64,000 nucleotides of DNA, taken from assembly GCF_023055435.1 (NCBI RefSeq), contig NW_025963802.1:7874001-7938000 (forward strand), read 5' to 3'. The stretch comes from Haliotis rufescens. Lineage: Eukaryota. Below are positions 1 to 12,200 of this stretch, piece by piece (the first letter of the stretch is position 1; each line of letters starts with the position of its first letter). The notes beneath the pieces are model-generated. The model did no database searches. It worked only from the letters and a program-made list of their open reading frames with translations, and was not told the origin of the DNA. The translations under genes and the position numbers were made by a program.

Positions 1-47
1 CGACATACCACTTCTGTGTCCCTGTGTCCGTTGTTGACTGCCCTCAC

Positions 48-215
48 CACGCTCGTTGATGTTGGTGTTGAGGAGGCTGACCAGACTGTCGAAGAGGTCA
101 GTGTCCTCAAAGATGACCATCCGAACTTCACGTAGGCACCGCAGGCCGGAGTGTTTCGTCAGCGAGCTATGGACGTATTCCGCTAGCTTCTGTTTTGATA
201 TGCCACCTTTGCGGC
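48..215 (-). CDS. PARP gene left copy: macrodomain 2 C-terminal exon (GRKGGISKQKLAE…LREVRMVIFE…)
   Basis: Acceptor GTTGTAG, donor GTGAGG; near-identical to 61920-62087. Confidence 0.85.
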
Positions 216-3200
216 CTACAACATTACACAGGCTTATTCCCCTAGAATTGTATAAAATGCTAGAGCTTTTACGATATTGCACGGGAGGCCTAGTCAGCTA
301 AAGCGCCGGGGTTTCCTTTGAACAAATATTGCAGCTAAGAATATTGTGTGAAAAAAACCTGCTTTCATCTGCTTATTTATATTCACCCGCAAAATAAACC
401 CAAGTCGAGTATATACTAATAGGGCAAGATTGACAAAGATTTGACTGAAGACAGTTTAATGGATTAAAAGGCAGATGACGTAATTGTTTTTTTCAAATGT
501 TAAGGGCTTACACAGTTTCGGGTCAGTTTTCGGGTCGATTTGTGAAGGCCCCAAGGATCCTCCTGCACACACCCAGAGCAGCTGTGCGTAGTTCATCGGC
601 AGTTGTAGGGACTGGGCGCACATTGTGCAGACGCCTTTGAACCTCATCCCACAAGTGTTCGATGGGGTTCAGATCAGGGCTGAGAGCTGGCCACGGTAGA
701 ACACGGATGTTGTGTTGTTGCAGAAAGGCCATGGTAGCACTGGCAACATGGGGACGAGCGTTACCCTGCTGGAAAATATGTTGTTAATGTTGTGCAAAAA
801 ATGGAACAACGTTGGGTCTGATCACTTGGTCGATATACCGCTGAGCAGTGACGCCGTGTCCCCGACCTTGACCAACATTCAGAAAGCACATGGGTCCAAG
901 TCTCGCATTAAGTCCAATCCCTGCCCATATCATGACGCTAGGTCCACCCCATGGATCCCTTTCCACAACGTTTCTGTCAGTGAAACGATCACCTCGACGC
1001 CGCCAAATTCTGACTCTTCCGTTTGCATGGTAGACACAAAAGCGACTTTCATCAGAGAAGATGACACGCCTCCACTCACGATGCCACCAATTGCAATGAC
1101 CCTGTGCCCACTGAAGTCGTGCTTGTCGATGCCGTGGTTGGAGAACAGGACGACGTGCTGGTCGGCGACATCTGAGGTTGTTGGAACGGAGACGTCGGAT
1201 CACATTGTCCCGGCTAATGTGTCGATTATGTGTTTCTATGGTGTGTCGTGCACTTTCAGTTAGGAACGGATGTCGCTGGTGTTGACGGGTAATATGCCGA
1301 TCTTGTCGAGGTGTGGTGACCCTAGGACGCCCGCTCCGAGGAAGGTCATCTGTGGTCTGTGTAGCATTGTATCGATGCAGGAGACGGTAAATTGTGGTTA
1401 TGTTAACGTTGAAATGACGGGCAACATCTTGGACAGACTCTCCAGCTTCCAAAAGTCCGATAGCCTGGTTTCTCTGAATTTGAGGTAGGCGTGGCATTGT
1501 TGACCAAGGAGTGGTAGGTCGAAGAATTGGCCACAGTTTTATACCCATTACAGTTCGTGACAGTTCGTGCATTTTCGATTTCGCGAGAAATTGGTGCATG
1601 ATATCCACATATTCATTGAAATGGTGCCTTTTGGCGATTCATTTTTTATGTTGCGTATTTACTGGGGGCTTCCAAAATGCAACCAAAAATATTGATAACA
1701 CCATCAGGCTTCACTTCATGCTAAAACTCGTATCAATTTATGGTTCCGTGTTTGTTACCTATTTGCTTAAAACCACTTGTGTTTCTTTTGCGTGTGAGTA
1801 TATATCTAAGCTTCAATAAAGAATCTCGGCTTCAGTATTCTCATCTAATCAATATAGAGTAGTTCGTGAGCAAAGCCATTAAAGCAAAGCCATGAGAGAC
1901 AGTATGTCTGTAACACTTATGTATTCATCATTTCAACTCTTCCATTTCAAGAGGCCATATCACCCAAGGTACTGCCTTGTATTCTTGGACAACCTTGGGC
2001 AATTCCATGTGTCCCTCTGTGATATGACTGAAACAGATCTTGGCTGTGATGTGAAATGCCTATTGATACAGCGTTGTATTGCCCTTCTATTATATAAGAT
2101 AATCACTGTTTGTAATAACCAAACTTGATGAGTCAAAGAAGCGTTAACAAACATCACAGTTTGTTCATAAAACAGAAAAGGACGGAGCTACAGATAAGTT
2201 TTCCCCAAAATATTCAAAACCCAATTCCTTTCAATTAACTTGCGTACAGAAACGCATGCATAAAATGAAAAACTCAAATGATGATAAAAACAGCATGCGT
2301 AAATATCCAAATGAAGCTCTTTCAGCATGCGTACAATGGAGCTTATTTCCGAAACACAATTCCGAGATAATTCACTTTACAAGTCAAACCTTTAGTTAGA
2401 ACCCTTATACATCTAAAACATTATTTTATTTTTCTTGAAATATCAAAATGCTAGCTCATTTTGGGAAAAAACCAATAGAGTGATGAATAGATGAGTGACA
2501 AAATATTGGTTACCCAATGAAAAATGTAATTACCCAATTAAAATAGAAACTTTCGGGTAAAAACTCAATTTCTCAAAAGTTATCTGGAGTTCTGAAAGGA
2601 CCAAATGATTATCAAGGAAGGCATTTGTACAGTCAAAAGACATGAATTAACAATATCATTACAAGTTATGACGTGAATAAGAACAAAATGAAGGTAGTGT
2701 GTCCACACTTTGGAGGACAGGGTTAGTGTGTTCATAGCTTTCGGCCATGGGGCCATGTCTGGGGCCATGTCAGAGGCCATGTGAAGGGTGGACAAAGTCC
2801 GTGATCTAGACTACCAGTTGTCGGACTTTCATTTTGTAATAGCCTCGGTGCCTGAGTGGGTTAGATCGCTGATTTTGTTTGGCAGACTCTCTCTGGCAGT
2901 GTGGGTTCGAATCCCGGACGAAAATCTGTACTCAGAAAGTGTTATCCCAAATATAACATTAGTTACATTTGGTGAGTTGTTCAGTAATCGACCAATCACC
3001 AAACTGAAGTCAGACTATTAAACGCTCTTTAATCCAATATCGTGTATGTCAACCATAAGCATCAATGCACGCCTTAACTCGACGACGGGCAGAAGATGTG
3101 AGACGTGTGATCACAAGAAATGGGTGTCGACGCCATTCTTCTAGGAGGGCCTGTGCTTACTGATCCCTGTTATAAGGGATAACTGGTATTGCTCTAATCT

Positions 3201-6200
3201 GACGGTGAATGTGATTGCACACATGTTCTATAGGTTATAGGGGCACAGTCGCCTAAGACGAGAAACCTATGATTGTTGGTTCGAATCCCGGTTCGCCCCG
3301 ATTATGTTTCTAGGATTGTCAGCACCATACCCGTGCTCGTGGGTTTCACCGAAGTGGTAAACGTCTGAGACCTGCATCACTTCGGGCTTTCCTCCCACAT
3401 AAAATTGTTTGATGGGCATTACTTAGAAGTTGACGGGTGACAACGTAAACACAATTTTATGGATAACAACTTCTTTAATACTGTAAAAAGCGACGTTTCG
3501 GTATAGATCCTATACCGTTGTCAAGCAGGACGGATAACAACTTCTTTAATACTGTAAAAAGCGACGTTTCGGTATATATCCTTACACCCTCCTTCTTCAC
3601 AACGTGCTTCAGTCGAATGTTCACCTACGTCTGTATTGAACAACAGGACCGTGTTATTAATAATAAAAATAAACAAACTCGTCCTCGTCTGCGAGTTTGT
3701 TTCTTATTATTATCAGTTACATTATGTGTTATTTTGTCAACGTTAGCGTTTTTCAGAGTGTAAACCCCCCTGGATGCCACAGTTACACATGTGTCTCTCC
3801 TCTTCAACCCTCTCTTCGAAGTCGAATAAAATTCAAAATACATCACGCAAACTTATACACTTCACAGTTTTGAATTCCCCCTTCTGTTTATCATTTACTG
3901 TCATTTAGGCAAGCACAATTACTGAAAGTGACTTCTGAAAAAAATTACATTGTAAATCTCGCCTAATCACAATGAACGGCGTTATTTACTTTGTGTTTAG
4001 AAATCTCAATATAGGATATTTACTCGAATAATTAAGGTAGAAAAATAGCATATCAGTGATCGCAGGTATCAAATCACTAATGATAATTCTGCAGCGTCGC
4101 TGATAAGCATAGAATCGTTTAGAATGTTTTGGAAAATATGCACACACGAAAAGTTTTCACTCAGTACAGTGTATGTGAAATATACACTGAACCGCAACAG
4201 AAACGTCACCATGGATAGTTATATGAGAATCTTTATTTGTCCAAACACTGTAAACATACTTTGAGACATATCAAAAAAATGAAACTTGGCAAAACTGACC
4301 ATCAAGGTTGAAATTAAAGTGTCAAATGTTCTTAAAGTGAAACACAACAATAGTCTCTGAGAAAATGGCATCGCAAGTCAGTATCTCGTGTGTCTGCCAT
4401 GTGCATTGATGACTGCCGTGCAACGTCGATACATGTAATGGATGAGGCGATTGATGAAGGCCATAGGCACTTGAGCCCACACTCTGAGGAACACTTGACG
4501 CAGTTCAGCTGCAGTTGTCGGCCTTGGTCGGACGTCATTCAGTCGTCTTTGAATCTCGTCCCACAGGTGCTCAATGGGATTAAAATCGGGACCGAGGGCA
4601 GGGCACCATTCTGATGCCATTCTGCTTGAGGAAGTCTCTTTTTGCTCTCGCAGTGTGGGCACGGGCGTTATCATGCTGAAATTCGTGGTTGCGGCGACGT
4701 GCCAAATGAGGTTTGGCGTGTGATCTCAAGACTTGATCAATGTACCGAGCTGCTGTGACACCATTGCCTCTCCCTGGACCGATGTTCTGGAAGACCACAG
4801 GGCCGACCCTCTGTTCAAGACCAATTCCACCCCACACCATGATGCTCAGACCACCCTACGAGTCTCTCTCAACAACACAAACATCCGAAAAACGTTCCCC
4901 ACGGCGTCTGCAGACTCTCTCTCAGCCATCTGCTGTTGAGATACAGTGACGGCTCTCGTCTGAGAAGAAGACTCATCTCCACTGCTGGTGGCACCAATGC
5001 TGGTGCTGTGTTGCCCACTGAAGACGGCCCCGGCGATGACGTGGGGTCAGAATGGGTCCTCGGTGTGGCTTGTGACAGTGGAGATGTCTGCTCGTCAATG
5101 GTCGACGTACGGTGTCCGCACTAAAGTGTCTCTGGTGTGTCCCCAAGGTCTGTCGAGCAGTTTCCGAACCAGTGACAAAGGGATCTTGAAGATGCTGTGG
5201 CACAATCTGACGATTCTGACGTCGGGTGGTGACCCTTGGTCTTCCACTACGTGGTCGGTCATCTGTAGTGTTGGTGGTCTGGTACCGTTGCTGGAGCCTG
5301 TATATGGTCCTTACGTGGACTTGAAATGCACTGGCTACTTGCCGGGCGGTTTGCCTAGCTTGCAATCGTCCAAGGGCTTGGTGTCGATGATTTCATGTCA
5401 ATCTTGGCATGCTGCAGCAATTTAATAACGAATAAATGTTATCCGATCTGGGTGGATTTTTATAGGGTAAGAAATGGGGGAACGCATGTGCATTTCAATT
5501 TGCACGGAACTCGCGTGCATCAGGTTACCATGGCCGTTGTCGTGATGCGTTTGGGCGATCGGTTTTATTGTCATCTGCTTTGTTTTTTAACCTTCAACTT
5601 TCATTTTTCCGGAAAAGGTACTGTTAAATTTTAGTAACTTGGACAAGAATTACCCAAATATTTAAATGACAACTTTTCATGCAATGTTAGTTGGGGTGAC
5701 GTTTCTTTTGCGGTTGAGTATAGTTCACCAATTAGCTGTGTTGTTATATTTTGTGAGATATTCACCAGTAAGTTGCTTCACACTTTTGCCTTACCCATCA
5801 CCACGCCCGGCTGAATTTGTACCCATAACATTAGGTGTGGGACAAGCAGGAAGACCCTCAGTAAACCACCAGGCAGACTGGGTGCCGACGTGATCGTTGA
5901 AATTGCACAGCGCGTCACAGGCAATCCGTTTTAACTCCAGTATGGGAAATTCATGCAGTGGCAGAATTTTTCGTTTTGGCGACGATTTCGCCTGTCGTTT
6001 TTTATCGTCTGTTTTACGCTATTTCCGATGTACTTAATGTCAAGCATTTATAATTATGTATGTGCCAAGGTATTAAAATCGTTCAATTTTTCAACAGCAA
6101 AAAATAGAGTGATTTAAAACTTTTTAAAATTTCGCTTAATACACAATATGATGGATATGTTGGACATCTTATCTTTGAAAATGAATAAATTTACTTTTTT

Positions 6201-9200
6201 CGGCACAAATGTACAACAGTTAAAACATGGTAAGGGTTATGCGGCTGCTAATTCATTGTGCCAATTTATTTGTACATAAAATTACCCAGCCATAGATTAC
6301 CTTTTACAAACTGTTGCAGGAATGAGTGATGGTTAAATAGACATAAAATCGAATTTAACAACAGTTCTTTCAATTTTCATTTACATAAAAACAACAACAT
6401 TTGAAACGTCCCCCTAATAATGAAGAAAAAAAACATGATTAAAACCACCGCCACCACATACCCGCCACCACACACCCACCACCCACACATATCAAATGGT
6501 CCGCCCCTTAGTCTGCCAACACCCATTTTGTTGGTTTCAAATCGAGCTGAAATCAAGCGGCGTTAAACACAGTTCACTCACTCTACTTTTTACAGATTCG
6601 GGGGACAACAGTTGTGCAAAATGATGTTTCTGATGTATTTTCTTACCTTGATCAAGAGCTGGCAGCGCCAAAGATGTGTACTTCAGCTCATCTGCTTTCA
6701 CCATTAACGCTGGTAGCACCTTGTCAATGCCATGGAAGAAGTGAATGTCATAGTGCAGTACTGCCTTGAAACATGCGTCGGACACACTGGTGACAGCAAG
6801 ACCCGTTTTGGTGATGTTACCCACTACAACATTGAACAGGCATACAATATGTTAGCGGAATGGGCACCTGTACCTGTATGTACTCGTATTCATCTACAAC
6901 GGAAAACTGACTGTCGTCGTTAAGATATGGACTAAACAATTTCACAACCAGTCAACGATATGTATCCAACAGTGTAACTGCAATCACGTTGTCACGTTGG
7001 ATCTGGGTCCCTTGAAATAGCTTTATGCGTTTGTGGATAAGAAACGGAAAGATAGAATTACTTTTCCTTTACAATAATTGCTGTACATGGCTACATGGAA
7101 TTGAAAATAATCATTTACGAGTATTGTACATATGGATGTGAATTTGAAACTGTCAGATTTTAAAATGGTTAACCTGCTCGATGCCTCTCTTCTCTCTAAG
7201 CTAATGTTGTCTGTTTATTTGTAGTTTAACGCCACACTCAGCAATATTCCAGCTATATGACATCGGTCTGTAAATAATCGAGTATGGACCACACAATTCA
7301 TGAATTGACATCATACGCATCTATCTACGCAATTGGGATACGATGACATGCATCAACCAAGTCAGCGAGCCTGACCACCCGATCCCGTTAGTCAGCTCTT
7401 CAGACAAGCATAGTCACCTTTTACAGCAAGCATAGGTTGCTGAAGACCTATTCTACCCCGGATCCTCACGGGTCTTTCTTGCTTGCCGACCTTGATCAAC
7501 TCGCGTTGAGTTGGTATATTAACCCAAGTTAACTTTGGTATGATTTAAGTCATACTTCGGTTGACCAGAGTTGCCCATCCCTACTGAACCTAAGCATGGG
7601 CTGCTGAAGACCTAAACTTACCCGGATCTTCACGGGTATGTTAATGTTGGGTAGCACTAACACACCTCCTTTAATCACAGAAGATTCGGATACTGGCTCT
7701 TTTAATCAGCAAATTTTCAGAGCTATAATCTAATTATGATACCATTAAGCATTATACAAAGGTTTATAAACTTTACCTTCTTCTTTACACTGTTTCTCCA
7801 GTTCTTTTCCAAACCTCTTTCGCAGCTTCTTTGACAACATCCCTTGAAAACACATAAAAGCACAAACTATTAGACGCTCAGAGAGGTCTAAGAAAAGAAA
7901 ATTCGAAAGGTGTGTGTATTGCATCCAGAGAGTGAAAGCATTTCATAACCACTTTCAAATCTTAAAACATCCTCTAATCCCTCCAGAAACATTTATCATG
8001 ATTTGTTTGCAATAAATCAATAGACCAGCTGACGACCGACCTCCAAAATATCTGTTTATATTCAAATGAATGTCAATTCCGTTACTTAAAACACACCATT
8101 AGTTTGATTGTTTTACGCCGCACTCGGCAACATTCAAACTAAATGACGGCAGGCTGTAAATAATCGAGTATGAGAATGCCACAAGGGTCTTTCCCGATTG
8201 TAAGGATATCACCTAGTGTGACCTTGACCTTCGACAGGTGACACCTTCGAGCCTGTCCCAGCGGCAGGCTTTATCTCGAGATGATGTCAAGTAGGAAACA
8301 CCAGCCAGTTATCACTCTCAACTCTACCCGGAGTAGGAAGTGATCAGTGAAGCGAACATGTACAACATCCAAATCGCCACACATTACCTTGTTATTAAGG
8401 TCAAGGTCACAATAATTAAGTGGGATCTGCAGATTTTCCTAAATTAACTTCTCGTGATGAAGACTTTGGAGATTAAAGCAATAAATCCCTTTTCATAATC
8501 ATAAGATATCCCGAAAGATTCAACTGTACGACTCCACCATGGACGTGTTTATGGATAATATCAAATACAATAAATTGAGTGAGTTACGCCGCTTTTAGCA
8601 ATATTCCAGCAATATCACGCCGCTCGACACCAGAAATAGGCTTCCATGTCGGGAATCGAACCAGGGTCTCCGGCATGACGTGCGAACGCTTTAACCACTT
8701 GGCTACCTAAACGCCCCCGAATTCAATGAAGACGACGCTATGAACAATAAGAATGTACCAAACGAGAGTTCCAGTCTGCTGTTACTGCCGTTGACAATGA
8801 GGTCCACACGTTGCTGCATGATGTCACCTTCAACCAACTGGAAACGAACGTTCCCGAACAATACGCCTCTTGCCACATGCGCATCGGCTGCTGTCAACAT
8901 GCAATGAATCATCTGGGTGCCCGTGATCATACAGAATATAAACAGTGCTCGCGTTCAGTTTCAAAACCCTGATGACTCAGTAAGTTAACAAGTTAACAAC
9001 GCTTTGAACATTATTCCAGTTTTATCGCGATGTGTCAGCTTAATGTGAGAGGAAATCCAGTAGTGATTCACCTCTTTGACATTTACCACTTTTGTGAAAC
9101 CAACGAGCACGGGTTTTGTGTGTGACAAAACTAGAAATATAAACTGGGATTCGAACCATGATCATAGGTTTCTTGCATGCTTTATTTGTTTGTTTGTTTG

Positions 9201-12200
9201 TTTGTTGTTTAACGTCACACTCAGCAATATTCCAGCTATATGACGGCGGTATTTATATAGTCGTGTCTGGACCAGATAATTTAGTGATTTACAACATGAA
9301 CATCTATCCACGCAATTGGGATACGATGACATGCATCAATCAAGTCAGCGAGCCTAACCACACGATCCCGTGAGTCGCCACTTACGACAAGCATAGTCGC
9401 CTTTAACGGCAAGCATGGGTTGCTGGAGACCTATTCTACCCCGGATCTTCAGGGGTCTTCCTTGCATGCCGACCTTGATTAACTCGCGTTGATTTGGTAT
9501 ATTAACCCAAGTTAACTTTGGTACGATTTTAGTCATAGTTCGGTTGACCAGACTTGCTTGGACTTGGGTCATTCTGTCTGATTGGCAGAAGTGAATGGGT
9601 ATTTGGGTATAAGTTACTTTTACCAATGTGTACGCGTTTTCATGTTTCACCTTTTTCGTCTTGGACACTGAGCCTGCGTGATCCTCTTATGTGAATCTTT
9701 CCGTAGAGCTTCTCATGTTCTTCTTGAAAAGCCTGCAGTTACAATGTTGTAGTTTTTTATACATTTTTCAGATTTAATAGAAGCCAACATTTTAAATTAA
9801 CACTTCGAGAAATGAAAAGCCATAATGCAATAACATAACAATTAATAGAGATACAAAAATAAGATTCAAAGCAACGCCAGAATGTTGTTACCAAGACACA
9901 CACGTTCCTCCTTCGAACACTGCTTGAAAACAAATACGACTGATCGGACGGTGTGTGTTCAGGTCTAAAAAGCAATAAGGAGCTGAATTAAAAATGGCGT
10001 GTGGGCATATATCATCAACATTTGACAGGGTAGCATGGGTGCCTCTTCAGTTTATGGACCATTACCTCATCTACACCATCGCGTTGTCCAGAGATTACAA
10101 CAACTTTGACGACTTTCAACATTGTATCAGGGTTGTTTTCCCAAAACTCATTCACGGTCTCGTATATTGTTTTAGCTGTGGCGTTCTTGTCATAATTAAG
10201 TCGGCCTGTACCAAGAGCAGGGAAAAGGAGACTGGCGTGTTTTTTCTTTGATGCCTCCTCCAAACAACGCGTGACAATGGACTTTATATTCTGAAAAAGG
10301 AACTGTAATTTCTAAGAGACAAGGTAGAAATTGTTTGCCACAAAAAAATACATTGTTGAAAGCTGTTTATATTTCTTTATTTTAGACTCATAATTTTTAA
10401 TTATTTAATTAAAATAATATGTTTTTGCAAAAGTAAATGAAAAATATCTCGACTCCATATAACATTCCAGTAACGGATCAGGCGGTCTGAGGGGCGGTCG
10501 GGTAGCCTAGTGGTTAAAGCGTTCGCTCGTCACGCCGAAGACCCGGGTTCGATTCCCGACCTGGGTACAATGTGTGAAGCCCATTTCTGGTGTCCCCCGC
10601 CGTGATATTGCTGGAATGTTGCTAAAAGCGGCGTAAAACCATATTCACTCACTCACTCAGGAGGTCTGGCAAAGGGAATTGGCTGACAGGCTGTCATTGT
10701 GCCCTGATTGCACGGGCCGTTGTTCTACATGTAGCATTCTGTCGCTTGTTTGTGTTGTTTATTTACAGGTCACCAAGATAAATCCTGAACATTTCTGACT
10801 GGAACACCAAACAATATTTACTCAAGTTCAATTAAATCAAGAATTCAGACTTACCTGTTCGTTTATTCTGTGGTTTGTATTCCCTGTTGGCAGGGTAGTA
10901 TGGTAGATCTCTGCACACTGTAGCTTGTACCCTTTAGTGATGGCAAGATCCCCTACCTGGATACCATGAGGGTAGAGCTTCTTAACTTTCTTCTCAAGCT
11001 TATTTCCAGCTTCTTGTAGAATACTTGCAGACAGGGCTCCGGCACTCACAATCACGTCGGCCTATTGTGACGGAGAATATATCAGTAATATATAGATCCA
11101 TTGCGATGATTAGCTAAGAGTTTTTCTCTGTCATAAATATCATCTCAGAAATGCATTAAGTATTAAGNNNNNNNNNNNNNNNNNNNNNNNNNNNNNNNNN
11201 NNNNNNNNNNNNNNNNNNNNNNNNNNNNNNNNNNNNNNNNNNNNNNNNNNNNNNNNNNNNNNNNNNNNNNNNNNNNNNNNNNNNNNNNNNNNNNNNNNNN
11301 NNNNNNNNNNNNNNNNNCAAAGGGTAATGGTATATATATTATATCACGTCAGTATTAAAATAATCGATGTTTTAGACCTTATTGAAGTAACTATAGAAAC
11401 CGTGCGTGACTACATTGTTTGAGTGAACCACCCTTTTTATCCAATGATTCGAAAGGTGTTCAGCCATACTTGTCTACACAATAACCAACACACCCGGCCC
11501 CCCTCTTTATAGTTATAGGGAGTTGGGAACGTTGGGCAATAGCTTATTGAGCAAGCCGGCGATGAATGGACGTTAAAAGTACTTCCTGTTTGGTGACTTC
11601 ATTTGCATATATATCGGATCCTGATACCACGTTTATCGGATTGGTTTATGGCATCGATACTACTATCCATTATATAATAAAATCATTATGACTATATATA
11701 AAAGGCTAGAACTGTAATTACGAACGTGGTGTCATGGCATGGTATACTCAAATACAAAACAAACTAAGCCTTATTCATACTGTCATCTTTTAAAGCACTT
11801 TTTCTTTTTCGAAGATTAAACTCATGTTTAAAATCTTTAATACAATCAAGGAAGGTCTTTCTTCATATTTTTCATAGAAAGGGTTTGACACAAGTGGAAT
11901 TAATACGAAGGATGTGCTTGATTGTTTTGCAATCTCTGAAGAAATTCAGTTAGGTCAAAACATGAAACGAAGGTTATCAGTGTCAATACTTATAAGAATG
12001 CTACCCCTGTTACATCATTGCCATAACCCTGTATTTTGGTTGTCAGCGCATTATAAAAAGCTTTTAAATTTACAACAGAGGTCCTCTTCACCGTCAGCTG
12101 ACCCCAATTAGTTGTGTGGATAATAGTTTTTTTCCCCACCATTGGTCTGCACATGCGCCAGGCGGGAAAACCAACTAGATGCAGATTATTTGGGAAGATT

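Larger units (their letters stand above)
1..2101. repeat. Segmental tandem duplication, copy 1 (matches 61873..64000)
   Basis: Direct sequence match at offset 61,872 with scattered substitutions and indels; covers exon, intron and Tc1. Confidence 0.97.

Noticed and set aside
216-241. Longer version of exon 48-215 using the upstream AG
   Set aside because: Would start in phase 2, incompatible with the phase-1 donor at 6646.
712-1263. Plus-strand ORFs opposite Tc1, pogo and Gypsy ORFs (also 4988-5425, 28698-29108, 44406-44873, 62724-63161)
   Set aside because: Antisense shadows of transposon coding sequence.
1960-2030. Extra PARP exon (good acceptor TTTCAG near 2028)
   Set aside because: Exons 6647-6823 and 48-215 already join in phase with a continuous macrodomain; no convincing donor.
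10490-10566. tRNA gene
   Set aside because: The head runs into a SINE body and (CACT)n tail with a TSD; the same applies to the other tRNA-like heads.
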